NCBI GenBank assembly: GCA_963696385.1
Contig: CAVOKF010000005.1
Coordinates: forward strand, 928,001-992,000
Source of the DNA: an uncultured delta proteobacterium
GTDB taxonomy: Bacteria; Myxococcota_A; Polyangia; Polyangiales; Polyangiaceae
Direction of reading: 5' to 3'
Length of the DNA: 64,000 bases
Below, piece by piece: positions 53,138-61,194 of this stretch. Position numbers and translations under genes: made by a program. Under the pieces are notes generated by a model. That model did not search any database. It saw only the letters and a list, made by a program, of their open reading frames with translations, and was not told the DNA's origin. Every line of letters begins with the position of its first letter. Position 1 is the first letter of the stretch.

Positions 53138-53418
53138 TGAAGGACGTTACGCCGAAGGGCGGGCCAACGCGCGCTCACGATGGCCCAGGCTCACTGCCCG
53201 CGGGCGGCGCCCGGTCCGCCGCATCAACGCAATCGTCGATGCTGGTCTCTTTCATCACGGTCTACGCGCCCGTGTAGGCCGGTGGGCGCAATCCCCATTG
53301 CAGAAGAGCACGCGAGACGATGAGCGGGTAAGCGAGTCGTAGGCATCGCGCCGGGGGCAACAAAATAACGCCATTGCGAACTTGTGCGAGCTGTTGGATC
53401 ATGTGTCGAGGTTTCCAC

Positions 53419-54876
53419 ATGCTCGATAGGCGCCATTTTCTTGCAGGATTGGCATCGACTACGGTTCTTGGTTTTAGCCCTACCGCTCGCCTGTGGGTGA
53501 GCGTCGCGCACGCAGAGTCCACGTTCGAGTCGGTCCCCCCACTCGATGGCGTCCTCCTCACTGACCCCGCGTCTCGAGCCGCCGACGCGGTCGACGTCGG
53601 CAACATCGTTCACCTGACCCCGATCGCCGTGTTGAGACCCGGCTCTGTCGAAGACATCAAGAAGATGGTGCGATTCTGCCGTCGGTTTCACATTCGAATT
53701 GCGGCGCGCGGACAGGGACACACGACGTTCGGTCAGGCCCAGGTCGAAGGCGGTCTGGTCATCGAGATGAGTGCCCTCGATACCATTCACTCCATCGGCC
53801 CCGACACAGCGGACGTGGACGCCGGTGTGCTCTGGAGGGATCTTGTGGAGGCCAGTGTCCCACTTGGCCTGACTCCTCCGGCGCTGACAGGCTTCACAGG
53901 CCTCTCGATTGGCGGCACGCTTTCCGTCGGCGGGATTTCGCCGTCGTACGCGCAGGGCGCGCTAATCAATAACGTGCGGGAGATCGAAGTCGTAACCGGC
54001 GCGGGCGACGTGATGCGCTGCTCTCCCCAACTCAACACCGACCTGTTCGCGGTGGTACGCGCGGGGCTTGGTCAGTGCGCCGTGATCACACGCGCGGTAG
54101 TCGACCTCGTGCCGGCCAAGACGTTCGTGCGCGTCTTCCAGCCGAGTTACACCGACAACGCGACGTTTTTCGCCGATCTGCGAACTCTCGTCGCGAGAGA
54201 AGAGCTTCGCGACATCCTCACGATGTGGGTTCTCAACGGTAGCGGAGGCTGGATCTATGGCCTCAGCGCGGTCGCCTACTTCGACCCGGCGACACCGCCC
54301 GACGCGGCTTTTTTGCTTCGCGGTCTGAGCGTCGCCCCGGCCAACGTGCCTTTCGTGGACGTTCCGTATTTGCCGTACGTGCTTAGTGTCGATACACAGA
54401 TCGAGGAGTTTATGCGGGAGGGGTTGTGGGACGGCGTTGTGCACCCTTGGTTCGACGTCTTTCTTCCAGAGTCGGCCGTCGAGCGCTATGTCGGCGACGT
54501 CATTCCAACTCTTGCCCCCGACGATGTGGGAGCGACGGGCTTTCTCTTGCTTTTCCCGCACAAGAAGCGGAGGTCCACGAGTTCGTTCCTGCGTCTGCCG
54601 GAAGGCGACGTGGTTTATTTGTTCGATATTCTGACCGCGGCCGCTGCGCCCGGCCCGGACCCGGCCTTTGCGACTCGGATGCTCCGTCGGAACCGCGCCT
54701 TGTTCGAGAAGGCCCGCGTCGTCGGCGGGACTCGCTACCCCATCGGTTCGATCCCCTTCGACGAAACGGACTGGGTGGAACAGTACGGCGCGCAATGGAG
54801 TGAATTGATGTTGCTCAAACAGCGATTCGACCCGGATGACCTTTTGGCGCCGGGGCCCGGAATTTTTGGGAAATAG
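53419..54876 (+). CDS. Tat-exported FAD-linked oxidoreductase, cytokinin-dehydrogenase-like (VAO/PCMH family)
   Basis: DRRHFL Tat motif; ARGQGHT covalent-FAD His motif; GGTLSVGGI, HPWFDVF, FDPDDLLAPGPGIF. Confidence 0.9.
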   Translation: MLDRRHFLAGLASTTVLGFSPTARLWVSVAHAESTFESVPPLDGVLLTDPASRAADAVDVGNIVHLTPIAVLRPGSVEDIKKMVRFCRRFHIRIAARGQGHTTFGQAQVEGGLVIEMSALDTIHSIGPDTADVDAGVLWRDLVEASVPLGLTPPALTGFTGLSIGGTLSVGGISPSYAQGALINNVREIEVVTGAGDVMRCSPQLNTDLFAVVRAGLGQCAVITRAVVDLVPAKTFVRVFQPSYTDNATFFADLRTLVAREELRDILTMWVLNGSGGWIYGLSAVAYFDPATPPDAAFLLRGLSVAPANVPFVDVPYLPYVLSVDTQIEEFMREGLWDGVVHPWFDVFLPESAVERYVGDVIPTLAPDDVGATGFLLLFPHKKRRSTSSFLRLPEGDVVYLFDILTAAAAPGPDPAFATRMLRRNRALFEKARVVGGTRYPIGSIPFDETDWVEQYGAQWSELMLLKQRFDPDDLLAPGPGIFGK

Positions 54877-54921
54877 TTTCGGAGTGCACACCGACCGGGT
54901 GACGCCTATCGGTTAAATCCA

Positions 54922-56316
54922 ATGGTAGACCTGGCAAAGGACATGTTCCTCCGTTCCCTCGCCGAACCGTTCAAGACGAAGGTGGTGGAGAGGGTTCGCC
55001 TGCCGGATCGCGCCGATCGCACGCGGGTGCTTGCGGAGGCCTTCTATTCGCCCGCTTACATGAATTCCGCCGACGTTTGTATCGACTTGGTCACGGATAG
55101 TGGAACGGGAGCTATGAGCGATGAGCAATGGTCGGCGCTCATGCGCGGTGATGAAGCCTACGTGCGCTCGAAGAGTTTCTTGGCGTTCGAGAGGACGGTC
55201 CAAGAAGTTTGTGGATTTGCGCATGTGATTCCGACGCACCAAGGACGTGCGGCCGAGAACATCGTCATGGAGCTGCTTCTGAAGCCGGGCGATATCGTGC
55301 TGAGCAACACCCACTTCGATACGACCAAAGCGCACGTCGAGCATCGGGGCGCGACACCCATCGATCTCGTATGCGAGCGCCTATGGCGGTTTCAAGAGCC
55401 GCATCCGTTCAAGGGCAATGTGGATCTTGAGCGGTTGGAAGTGGCACTGAAGCGTTACCACGACCGCGTCCGGCTCATCGTGGTCACCGTCCTCAATAAC
55501 ATGGCGTGTTCGTCTCCAGTCTCAATGGAAAATATTCGCGAGACGCGGTCACTGGCGAAGCAATATAATATACCACTATTTTTGGACGCCTGCCGATTCG
55601 CGGAAAATGCTCATTTCATAAAAGCTCGCGAGACCGGTTACGAGAGCAAGAGCATTCCCGATATCGTATCGGAGATGATGTCCTATGCCGACGGCTGTTG
55701 GATGAGCGCGAAGAAAGATGCACTCGTCAATATCGGTGGATTCATCGCCACCAACGATCAGGATTTTGCGCGACGTTGCCAGGAAAAATTGGTGCTCTAC
55801 GAAGGGTTTTATACGTATGGGGGTCTTGCCCGACGCGATCTAGAGGCAATAGCGGTCGGGCTTCGGGAGGGCACGGACGAGGACTACTTGGCGCATAGAA
55901 CCTCGTTGGTTGCGTACTTGGGTGAGCGAATGGAGGAGGCAGGTCTCGTTGTAAGTAAGCCGATCGGAGGCTCTGGCGTCTTTGTGGATGTCCAAGCTCT
56001 GTATCCCCATCTGGGTCCAGAAAAATTGCCTGGAATTGCGCTATTCTCTGACTTCTATATCGAAGGTGGCATTCGGGTCGGGGCGGCACCATTCTCGATG
56101 TTCACACTGTCGTCGCAGGGCGAAATTACCGAGCGAATCTTTCAGTTTGCGCGGTTTGCGATCCCGCGGAGGGTGTACGGCAAGGCGCACATGGATTATG
56201 TCGCGGAAGTGGCCCGCGTTGTAAAAGCGAAGGCATTGTTGAATGCTGGGTATCGACTTGTCGAAAAGCCGTCGGTACTTGGTCATTTTTTTGCCAAGTT
56301 TGCTCCACTTGGCTGA
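54922..56316 (+). CDS. tnaA: Tryptophanase-like PLP-dependent beta-eliminating lyase
   Basis: IDLVTDSGT, GDEAY, HQGRAAE, HFDTT, FKGN, DACRFAEN, MSAKKD (PLP Lys), AIPRRVY, GHFF. Asp in FDTT and His in HFF point to Trpase rather than tyrosine phenol-lyase. Confidence 0.85.
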   Translation: MVDLAKDMFLRSLAEPFKTKVVERVRLPDRADRTRVLAEAFYSPAYMNSADVCIDLVTDSGTGAMSDEQWSALMRGDEAYVRSKSFLAFERTVQEVCGFAHVIPTHQGRAAENIVMELLLKPGDIVLSNTHFDTTKAHVEHRGATPIDLVCERLWRFQEPHPFKGNVDLERLEVALKRYHDRVRLIVVTVLNNMACSSPVSMENIRETRSLAKQYNIPLFLDACRFAENAHFIKARETGYESKSIPDIVSEMMSYADGCWMSAKKDALVNIGGFIATNDQDFARRCQEKLVLYEGFYTYGGLARRDLEAIAVGLREGTDEDYLAHRTSLVAYLGERMEEAGLVVSKPIGGSGVFVDVQALYPHLGPEKLPGIALFSDFYIEGGIRVGAAPFSMFTLSSQGEITERIFQFARFAIPRRVYGKAHMDYVAEVARVVKAKALLNAGYRLVEKPSVLGHFFAKFAPLG

Positions 56317-56331
56317 TCGCGAAGCAAATCA

Positions 56332-56754
56332 ATGACTGTTCGTAATAAAACTCTGACTTTCGAATTTGTGTCGGATGTTTTGCTGGTCCTTCGCGAAAAT
56401 GCCGTGACGCCTCGCGACGAAGATTGGGACGCCTTTCTGAAGGTGCTTGTCGAGAATCGTGAAAACTTCGAAAAACTTAGGATTCTTGTTCGGACGGAAG
56501 GCGGTGGACCCAACGTGCTGCAACGCAAGCGACTTCAGAAGGCCCTTGGCGGTAGACCGATACGAGTCGCGGTGGTGACGAACAGCATTCCGGTCCGCTT
56601 CCTCGTTTCATCGATCGCCTTGCTGAACCGGGCCATTCGATCTTTTGCCATTGATGAGATCAAAGGCGCATATGAACATCTGAGCTTGACACCCGCCGAG
56701 ATCCGGCTTGCAGACGAAGCGATCGTGAAAATGAACGAAGTCGTCGAATTCTAA
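56332..56754 (+). CDS. Small STAS/SEC14-like alpha/beta protein
   Basis: EDWDAFL...ILVRTEGGGPN..QRK..VAVVTNS..R pattern; 15 nt downstream of the lyase gene. Confidence 0.65.
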   Translation: MTVRNKTLTFEFVSDVLLVLRENAVTPRDEDWDAFLKVLVENRENFEKLRILVRTEGGGPNVLQRKRLQKALGGRPIRVAVVTNSIPVRFLVSSIALLNRAIRSFAIDEIKGAYEHLSLTPAEIRLADEAIVKMNEVVEF

Positions 56755-56900
56755 CTGGTTGGCGGGGCGGGCCCGGCAAGAGTGTCGCGCTTTCGAAGTT
56801 CGGACTCGCTCGAAGCGCGGTCAGCGGTCTCCCCCGGGCGCGGCAGAATCAGGCGTCGCGACGCCGCACGAAGCGGTCGCCCGGAGAGAACGCACGGCGC

Positions 56901-57281
56901 TCACTTCGAGTCGGAGGAGTCGGGGCCCGGCTCGGGCGGCGAAACCAGCGTGTCGGCCCGGGACGCTGCGGCGTCGACCGGTTCGGCCCGGAGCAGAAGA
57001 GCGCCGATGCGAAATTCGTGACCCACCGTGGCCAGATCGATCGGCTGGTGGCGCTCGAGCCGCCGTGTGCCCTCGCGGACCCAGGTGCCCTGACGGCTGC
57101 CCTCGTCGGTCAACAGGAGCTGGCCTTCGCGCAGGTCGATGCGTGCGTGGCGACGCGAAACAAATCGGAACTCCAGCCTGCAATCGTTCGACAGATCCCG
57201 ACCGATGCGGATCGGAGTCGTGTTGAACACGATGACGTTTTTGTGTCCGGAATACTCGACACACAAGCGGATGAGGGTCAC
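56901..57281 (-). CDS. Stand-alone FHA-domain protein
   Basis: IRIGRD, FVSRRHA, DEGSRQGT. Confidence 0.8.
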   Translation of the reverse strand: MTLIRLCVEYSGHKNVIVFNTTPIRIGRDLSNDCRLEFRFVSRRHARIDLREGQLLLTDEGSRQGTWVREGTRRLERHQPIDLATVGHEFRIGALLLRAEPVDAAASRADTLVSPPEPGPDSSDSK

Positions 57282-57440
57282 CGGCGCCTCAGTACGGCAG
57301 CGTGCACGCTAGTGGGATAGCTCAGGAGGTCACGGGTTGGCGACCGAAAGCGACCGAAATTCGGTGTCTTCGCGGCCCGTGCGGCCGAGCCCGGCGGCCA
57401 GCAACGACGCAAACTGCCCGAGGTCATCGACCTCGAAAGG

Positions 57441-58121
57441 TCACGCCTGCCCAACCCGTCGCCCGAGCCACGCTCCCACGGCTCCCGCGACGATCATCAT
57501 CGCTCCGTGACCGACGAGCACGTGGTAGGCGCTGTCGTCGGGGCACACGAGGTTCATCATCACGGCAGCGAGCGCGCCGCATGCGACGCCGAGGGCCGAG
57601 ACTTTCAGAGCGGACCCCGTGGCGAAAGCGTGCCGGAATGCCCATGCCGCGAGGGCGAGCGGGCCGCCGGCAAAAATGGCGCTCCGCACCAGGCAGTTTG
57701 CGGTGCCGAGCCAGAAGCTCTCGCTCCACTCGACCGGAAAGGCGGCCGCTGTCGCCGACACGAACAGGCCGACAGCGCCGACGGTCAGGGCGACGATGCG
57801 GCCGGGCGTCTCGCCGAGGCCGCGCGATCCTTGTCGGGTGGCGGCGGCCAGGGCGATCGCCGCGGCAGCGAGCGGGATCAGGACGCCGAGCACAACGATA
57901 CCGCTAGGGCGTCCGCCGCCGTGGATTCGGAAGACGGCAAGCCAGCACGCGTCGTATGCGAGCGCGGCCGCGAGAGCACCCGCACGCATTGCCCGCACGC
58001 GCGATCGGGTCGGCGAGACAGGGCGTGCCGGCACGCCGAACGAGGGCAACGGCGGCCGCGCGCCGTCCGCAAAGGGATCGGGAATATCCCGGAGAAGCTG
58101 AAGGTCGAGGTCGGGTTTCAC
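57441..58121 (-). CDS. NrsF-like (DUF1109) membrane anti-sigma factor
   Basis: About 6 TM segments; conserved Cys (ANC) and LVCP....HVLVGH motif; directly downstream of the ECF sigma gene. Confidence 0.8.
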   Translation of the reverse strand: MKPDLDLQLLRDIPDPFADGARPPLPSFGVPARPVSPTRSRVRAMRAGALAAALAYDACWLAVFRIHGGGRPSGIVVLGVLIPLAAAAIALAAATRQGSRGLGETPGRIVALTVGAVGLFVSATAAAFPVEWSESFWLGTANCLVRSAIFAGGPLALAAWAFRHAFATGSALKVSALGVACGALAAVMMNLVCPDDSAYHVLVGHGAMMIVAGAVGAWLGRRVGQA

Positions 58122-58125
58122 GACG

Positions 58126-58776
58126 TCAACGCCCCGCCCCGGCGGCACGATCGAGTGCAGCGCGCAGCGCCTCGTAGGCACGGAACGCTCGGATCTTGAC
58201 GGCGCCGACGCTAGCACCAACCACCTGTGCGGCCTCGCTCACGCTCAAGCCCTCGAAGCGCAGCAAGAGGAACGCTTCGCGCTGCAGGGTGGGCAGCTCG
58301 CTCAGCGTGCGCCGGACCACGTCGAGCATTTCCTGTGCGGCGAGCGCTTCGTCTCCGCGCGTGTCCACGGCGGCCTCGGGCTGCTGCGCGTGATCGTCCT
58401 CGGCCGTCGATCCCGCCGTCGTCGCGGGTCGCGCCCGCACTCGTCGGACATGATCACGAAAAACGTTGCGCCCGATCGCGAGAATCCACGGAACGGCCGG
58501 CGCGCCGGCGCCGAAGCTTCCGCGGGCGCGGTGCACCCGAAGAAACGCCTCCTGAATCAGGTCCTCGGCGAGCGCGCGATCTCCGCAGAGGCGGATGAGG
58601 AAGCCGCGCAAACGCGGCGCGCCTCGCCGGTAGAGCTCGTCGAACGCAGCGTCATCACCGCGGGCGTAGCGATCCATCGCCTCGTCGAGCGCTCGGTCCG
58701 ACGGATCCGCGCCCCGGCTTCGCTCGCCGGGGATGAGCGGCAAGGGCCGCGAGAGGTTGTCGGTCGGCTCGACCAT
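58126..58776 (-). CDS. ECF RNA polymerase sigma factor (SigF/ECF16-like)
   Basis: GDDAAFDELY, AEDLIQEAFL, WILAIGRN, EGLSVSEAA, VKIRAFRA. Confidence 0.93.
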   Translation of the reverse strand: MVEPTDNLSRPLPLIPGERSRGADPSDRALDEAMDRYARGDDAAFDELYRRGAPRLRGFLIRLCGDRALAEDLIQEAFLRVHRARGSFGAGAPAVPWILAIGRNVFRDHVRRVRARPATTAGSTAEDDHAQQPEAAVDTRGDEALAAQEMLDVVRRTLSELPTLQREAFLLLRFEGLSVSEAAQVVGASVGAVKIRAFRAYEALRAALDRAAGAGR

Positions 58777-58899
58777 GGACCGTGCCCGGAAAGGATTGGC
58801 ACTCTCCCCGATAGGCACCCACATCGTCAACAGTCCCCGCACGCAACCTGGGACGGTGATCGCAGTCGCGACAGAAGGCACGCCCAGCACGCTCGGGTT

Positions 58900-58925
58900 T
58901 ACGCACGCGCAGGCGCAACGTTATC
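58900..58925 (-). promoter_or_regulatory. Putative ECF promoter for the sigma/anti-sigma genes
   Basis: The minus strand reads GATAAC-N16-CGTA. Confidence 0.55.
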
Positions 58926-59862
58926 CGAACGACACGCCGGAGAAGAGCCCGCTCGAGACCCACTCGCGAAACCAGGCCATCACGCGCGCCACGGCGACCT
59001 CCTCGCTGAGGTCGCCGAAGCCCGCCGCTGCCCGCTCCAAGGAGGTGCCGAGGGTGGCACCGCCCCAAAGACCGTTCAAGAGGTCGAACATCGGGTCCGA
59101 CAGATCCATGCGCCAGACCGTGGGTCCGGAGCGGTACACGGCGGCAGCGGAAGCGCAACGATCCGGGATCGCTTGGCTTTTGCCCTCGCGAAACGCCTGA
59201 AAGTATGTGTTTACGGGGTATACGAATCGCAGGAGCCGAAATGCGGGCGTCGTCGTCATTCGGGCGTCTACCCACCGCTCGACGGGCACGTCGCGCAGCC
59301 CCGACAGCGTCAGGGGTTCGGTGCTTGCAGCGTGGATCACTTCGACGATCGCCCATTCGAGCGTGGCGAGGTCCGCGAGGAACGCGCGAGGCGCGATCGA
59401 TTCGAACGACTCCTGCACCCGACACCATTCCGACATCCGGCGGCCATAGGCGTTCAGATTCGGGGAGGTGGACGGGTACAGCGCGATGTACGCGCGGGCC
59501 ATTCGGTCGAACGCCGGCTCGCCCACCGCCGCCTGCAGCGCGGGATAGTCGTCCGCGAGACATTCGATCAGCCGCAGGTGGTAGGCGTGCCGGTAGACTT
59601 CGAGACGTTCGAGGCAAGACAGCCGCGGTCCAGGCGTCAGCACCCGGTCGGCGTCGGAGGCCGACGGAGCCGCCGCCGTCTCGGGCGACATCACCGCGCG
59701 CGCAAACCACTCCTGCCGAGCACGCAGCGAGCCGTCGTCGGGCGGCGCGTCCGGGGCAATCGCCGGTGCGCTCGTGGTGCCGGGCAGGCGCCATCGAACG
59801 ACAGGGGTCGCACTGGCGCGCTCGCGTTCGACGACGGTTTCGACGATCGCGCGGCGAGTCAC
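58921..59862 (-). CDS. DUF2063 / BufC-like RiPP partner protein
   Basis: ERLEVYRHAYHLRLIECLADDYPAL, YPSTSPNLNAYG, DLATLEWA; GTGA overlap with DUF692. Confidence 0.9.
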   Translation of the reverse strand: MTRRAIVETVVERERASATPVVRWRLPGTTSAPAIAPDAPPDDGSLRARQEWFARAVMSPETAAAPSASDADRVLTPGPRLSCLERLEVYRHAYHLRLIECLADDYPALQAAVGEPAFDRMARAYIALYPSTSPNLNAYGRRMSEWCRVQESFESIAPRAFLADLATLEWAIVEVIHAASTEPLTLSGLRDVPVERWVDARMTTTPAFRLLRFVYPVNTYFQAFREGKSQAIPDRCASAAAVYRSGPTVWRMDLSDPMFDLLNGLWGGATLGTSLERAAAGFGDLSEEVAVARVMAWFREWVSSGLFSGVSFG

Positions 59863-60689
59863 GATCCGCCTCCCATGAAATGCCGGGCACGGAGCGCTTC
59901 GGCGTGGGTCTCGTCGAACGACGGAATCTCCGCGTCCCACTCGAGCAGAACGGAAGTGCCGCCCCCGAGCCGATAGGCATCGCCGAAGAGACGCCACACG
60001 TCGTCCACGACGGGACCGATATGCGAATCGATGACGTGGGTTCCGTGATTCGTATGTCCGGCCACGTGCATTTGCACGACGCGATCGAAGGGGACCGCCG
60101 CCAAGTAGACGCGCGGGTCGAACCCGTGATTGAAGGCGGAGACGTAGATATTATTGACGTCGAGCAGAATGGCGCAATCGGATTCTTCCGCCAGTCGGCC
60201 CAAAAATTCCCACTCGCGCATGGATGCGCCCGCGAACTCGACGTACGTCGACGGGTTCTCGAGCGCCAAGGGAGCGCCGAGGAAGTCTTGCACGTAACGG
60301 ACTCGCGCCGAGACGTGCGCCAGCGCCTCTTCGGTGTACGGCATCGGCAGCAGGTCGTGCGTGTTTTTGCCCGAGACACCCGTCCAGCACAGATGATCGG
60401 AGACCCAGCGAGCGCCTGTGCGGTCGCGAAGGACGCGGAGATCGGCCAGGTAGCCGCGGTCGATGGGATCGGTCGATCCGATCGACAGCGACACGCCGTG
60501 CATCACAATCGGGTATCGCCCGGCGATCGCATCCAGGTAATCGAGCGGCCGTCCGGACGTCTGCAGGTAGTTGTCGCTGATGATTTCGAACCAGTCGACG
60601 TCGGGCTGATGCTCGAGAATGTGACGATAATGCGCGGTACGCAACCCGAGGCCAATTCCGAGATTCGCAAGGCCGAAACGGTTGGCCAT
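59859..60689 (-). CDS. DUF692 multinuclear non-heme iron oxidase (BufB-like)
   Basis: GLGLR, MHGVSLSIG, SDHLCW, ENPSTY, LLDVNNIYV, HVAGH, IDSH, LEWD. Confidence 0.96.
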   Translation of the reverse strand: MANRFGLANLGIGLGLRTAHYRHILEHQPDVDWFEIISDNYLQTSGRPLDYLDAIAGRYPIVMHGVSLSIGSTDPIDRGYLADLRVLRDRTGARWVSDHLCWTGVSGKNTHDLLPMPYTEEALAHVSARVRYVQDFLGAPLALENPSTYVEFAGASMREWEFLGRLAEESDCAILLDVNNIYVSAFNHGFDPRVYLAAVPFDRVVQMHVAGHTNHGTHVIDSHIGPVVDDVWRLFGDAYRLGGGTSVLLEWDAEIPSFDETHAEALRARHFMGGGS

Positions 60690-60775
60690 GATCACCCCAT
60701 GCTCCTCGCGGCGGCCGACGTCCAATGAGGCGCGGTGCGCCGGCGCGTGCATCGCCGGCGCCCTCGAGCGTCGAC

Positions 60776-61048
60776 TCAAGCCGTCTTGCAGCCTCCTTGA
60801 CCCTTGCAGTCGTTCTGGGCCTTGCAGCCGTGCTTGTCGGTCTTGCAGCCGCCCTGACCCTTGCAATCGTTCTGGCCCTTGCAGGCGTGTTTCGCCGGAG
60901 CCGCCGCCGTTTGGGGCGCGGCGCTGCCCGACGCGGCAGGCGCCGCCGCGGCCGGCTGCTGCGCCGGGGGCGTTTCACCGGCACAGCCGGCGGCGCCAAA
61001 GAGAATTCCACCCACAGCCGCTGCAATCAACGAATGCGATATTTTCAT
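60776..61048 (-). CDS. Bufferin-type (BufA2-like) Cys-rich RiPP precursor, predicted lipoprotein
   Basis: 90 aa: signal peptide ending AAGC, Ala/Pro linker, then two tandem KH(A/G)CK(G/A)QNDCKGQGGCKT units; GAGGA RBS. Confidence 0.9.
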   Translation of the reverse strand: MKISHSLIAAAVGGILFGAAGCAGETPPAQQPAAAAPAASGSAAPQTAAAPAKHACKGQNDCKGQGGCKTDKHGCKAQNDCKGQGGCKTA

Positions 61049-61109
61049 GATATTCCTCGTGAGTTGACGGTGTTTGATCGTGCCCCGCCTCGCTGGGCCG
61101 CGATTCGAA

Positions 61110-61134
61110 TACGTGCCCGGTGCTTTTTCGTTTC
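61110..61134 (-). promoter_or_regulatory. Putative ECF promoter for the precursor-DUF692-DUF2063 operon
   Basis: The minus strand reads GAAAC-N16-CGTA, about 60 nt upstream of the precursor ATG. Confidence 0.55.
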
Positions 61135-61194
61135 GCTCGTTCTTCTCCCAGGCGGGCGGCGGCGAGGGTTGCCCCATCCGGCCGCGCCCGTCAA

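Noticed and set aside
53419..54876. Cytokinin synthesis/degradation (fas-like) interpretation of the island
   Set aside because: The prenyltransferase is DMATS-type, not adenylate IPT; there is no LOG gene; and the CKX catalytic Asp is absent.
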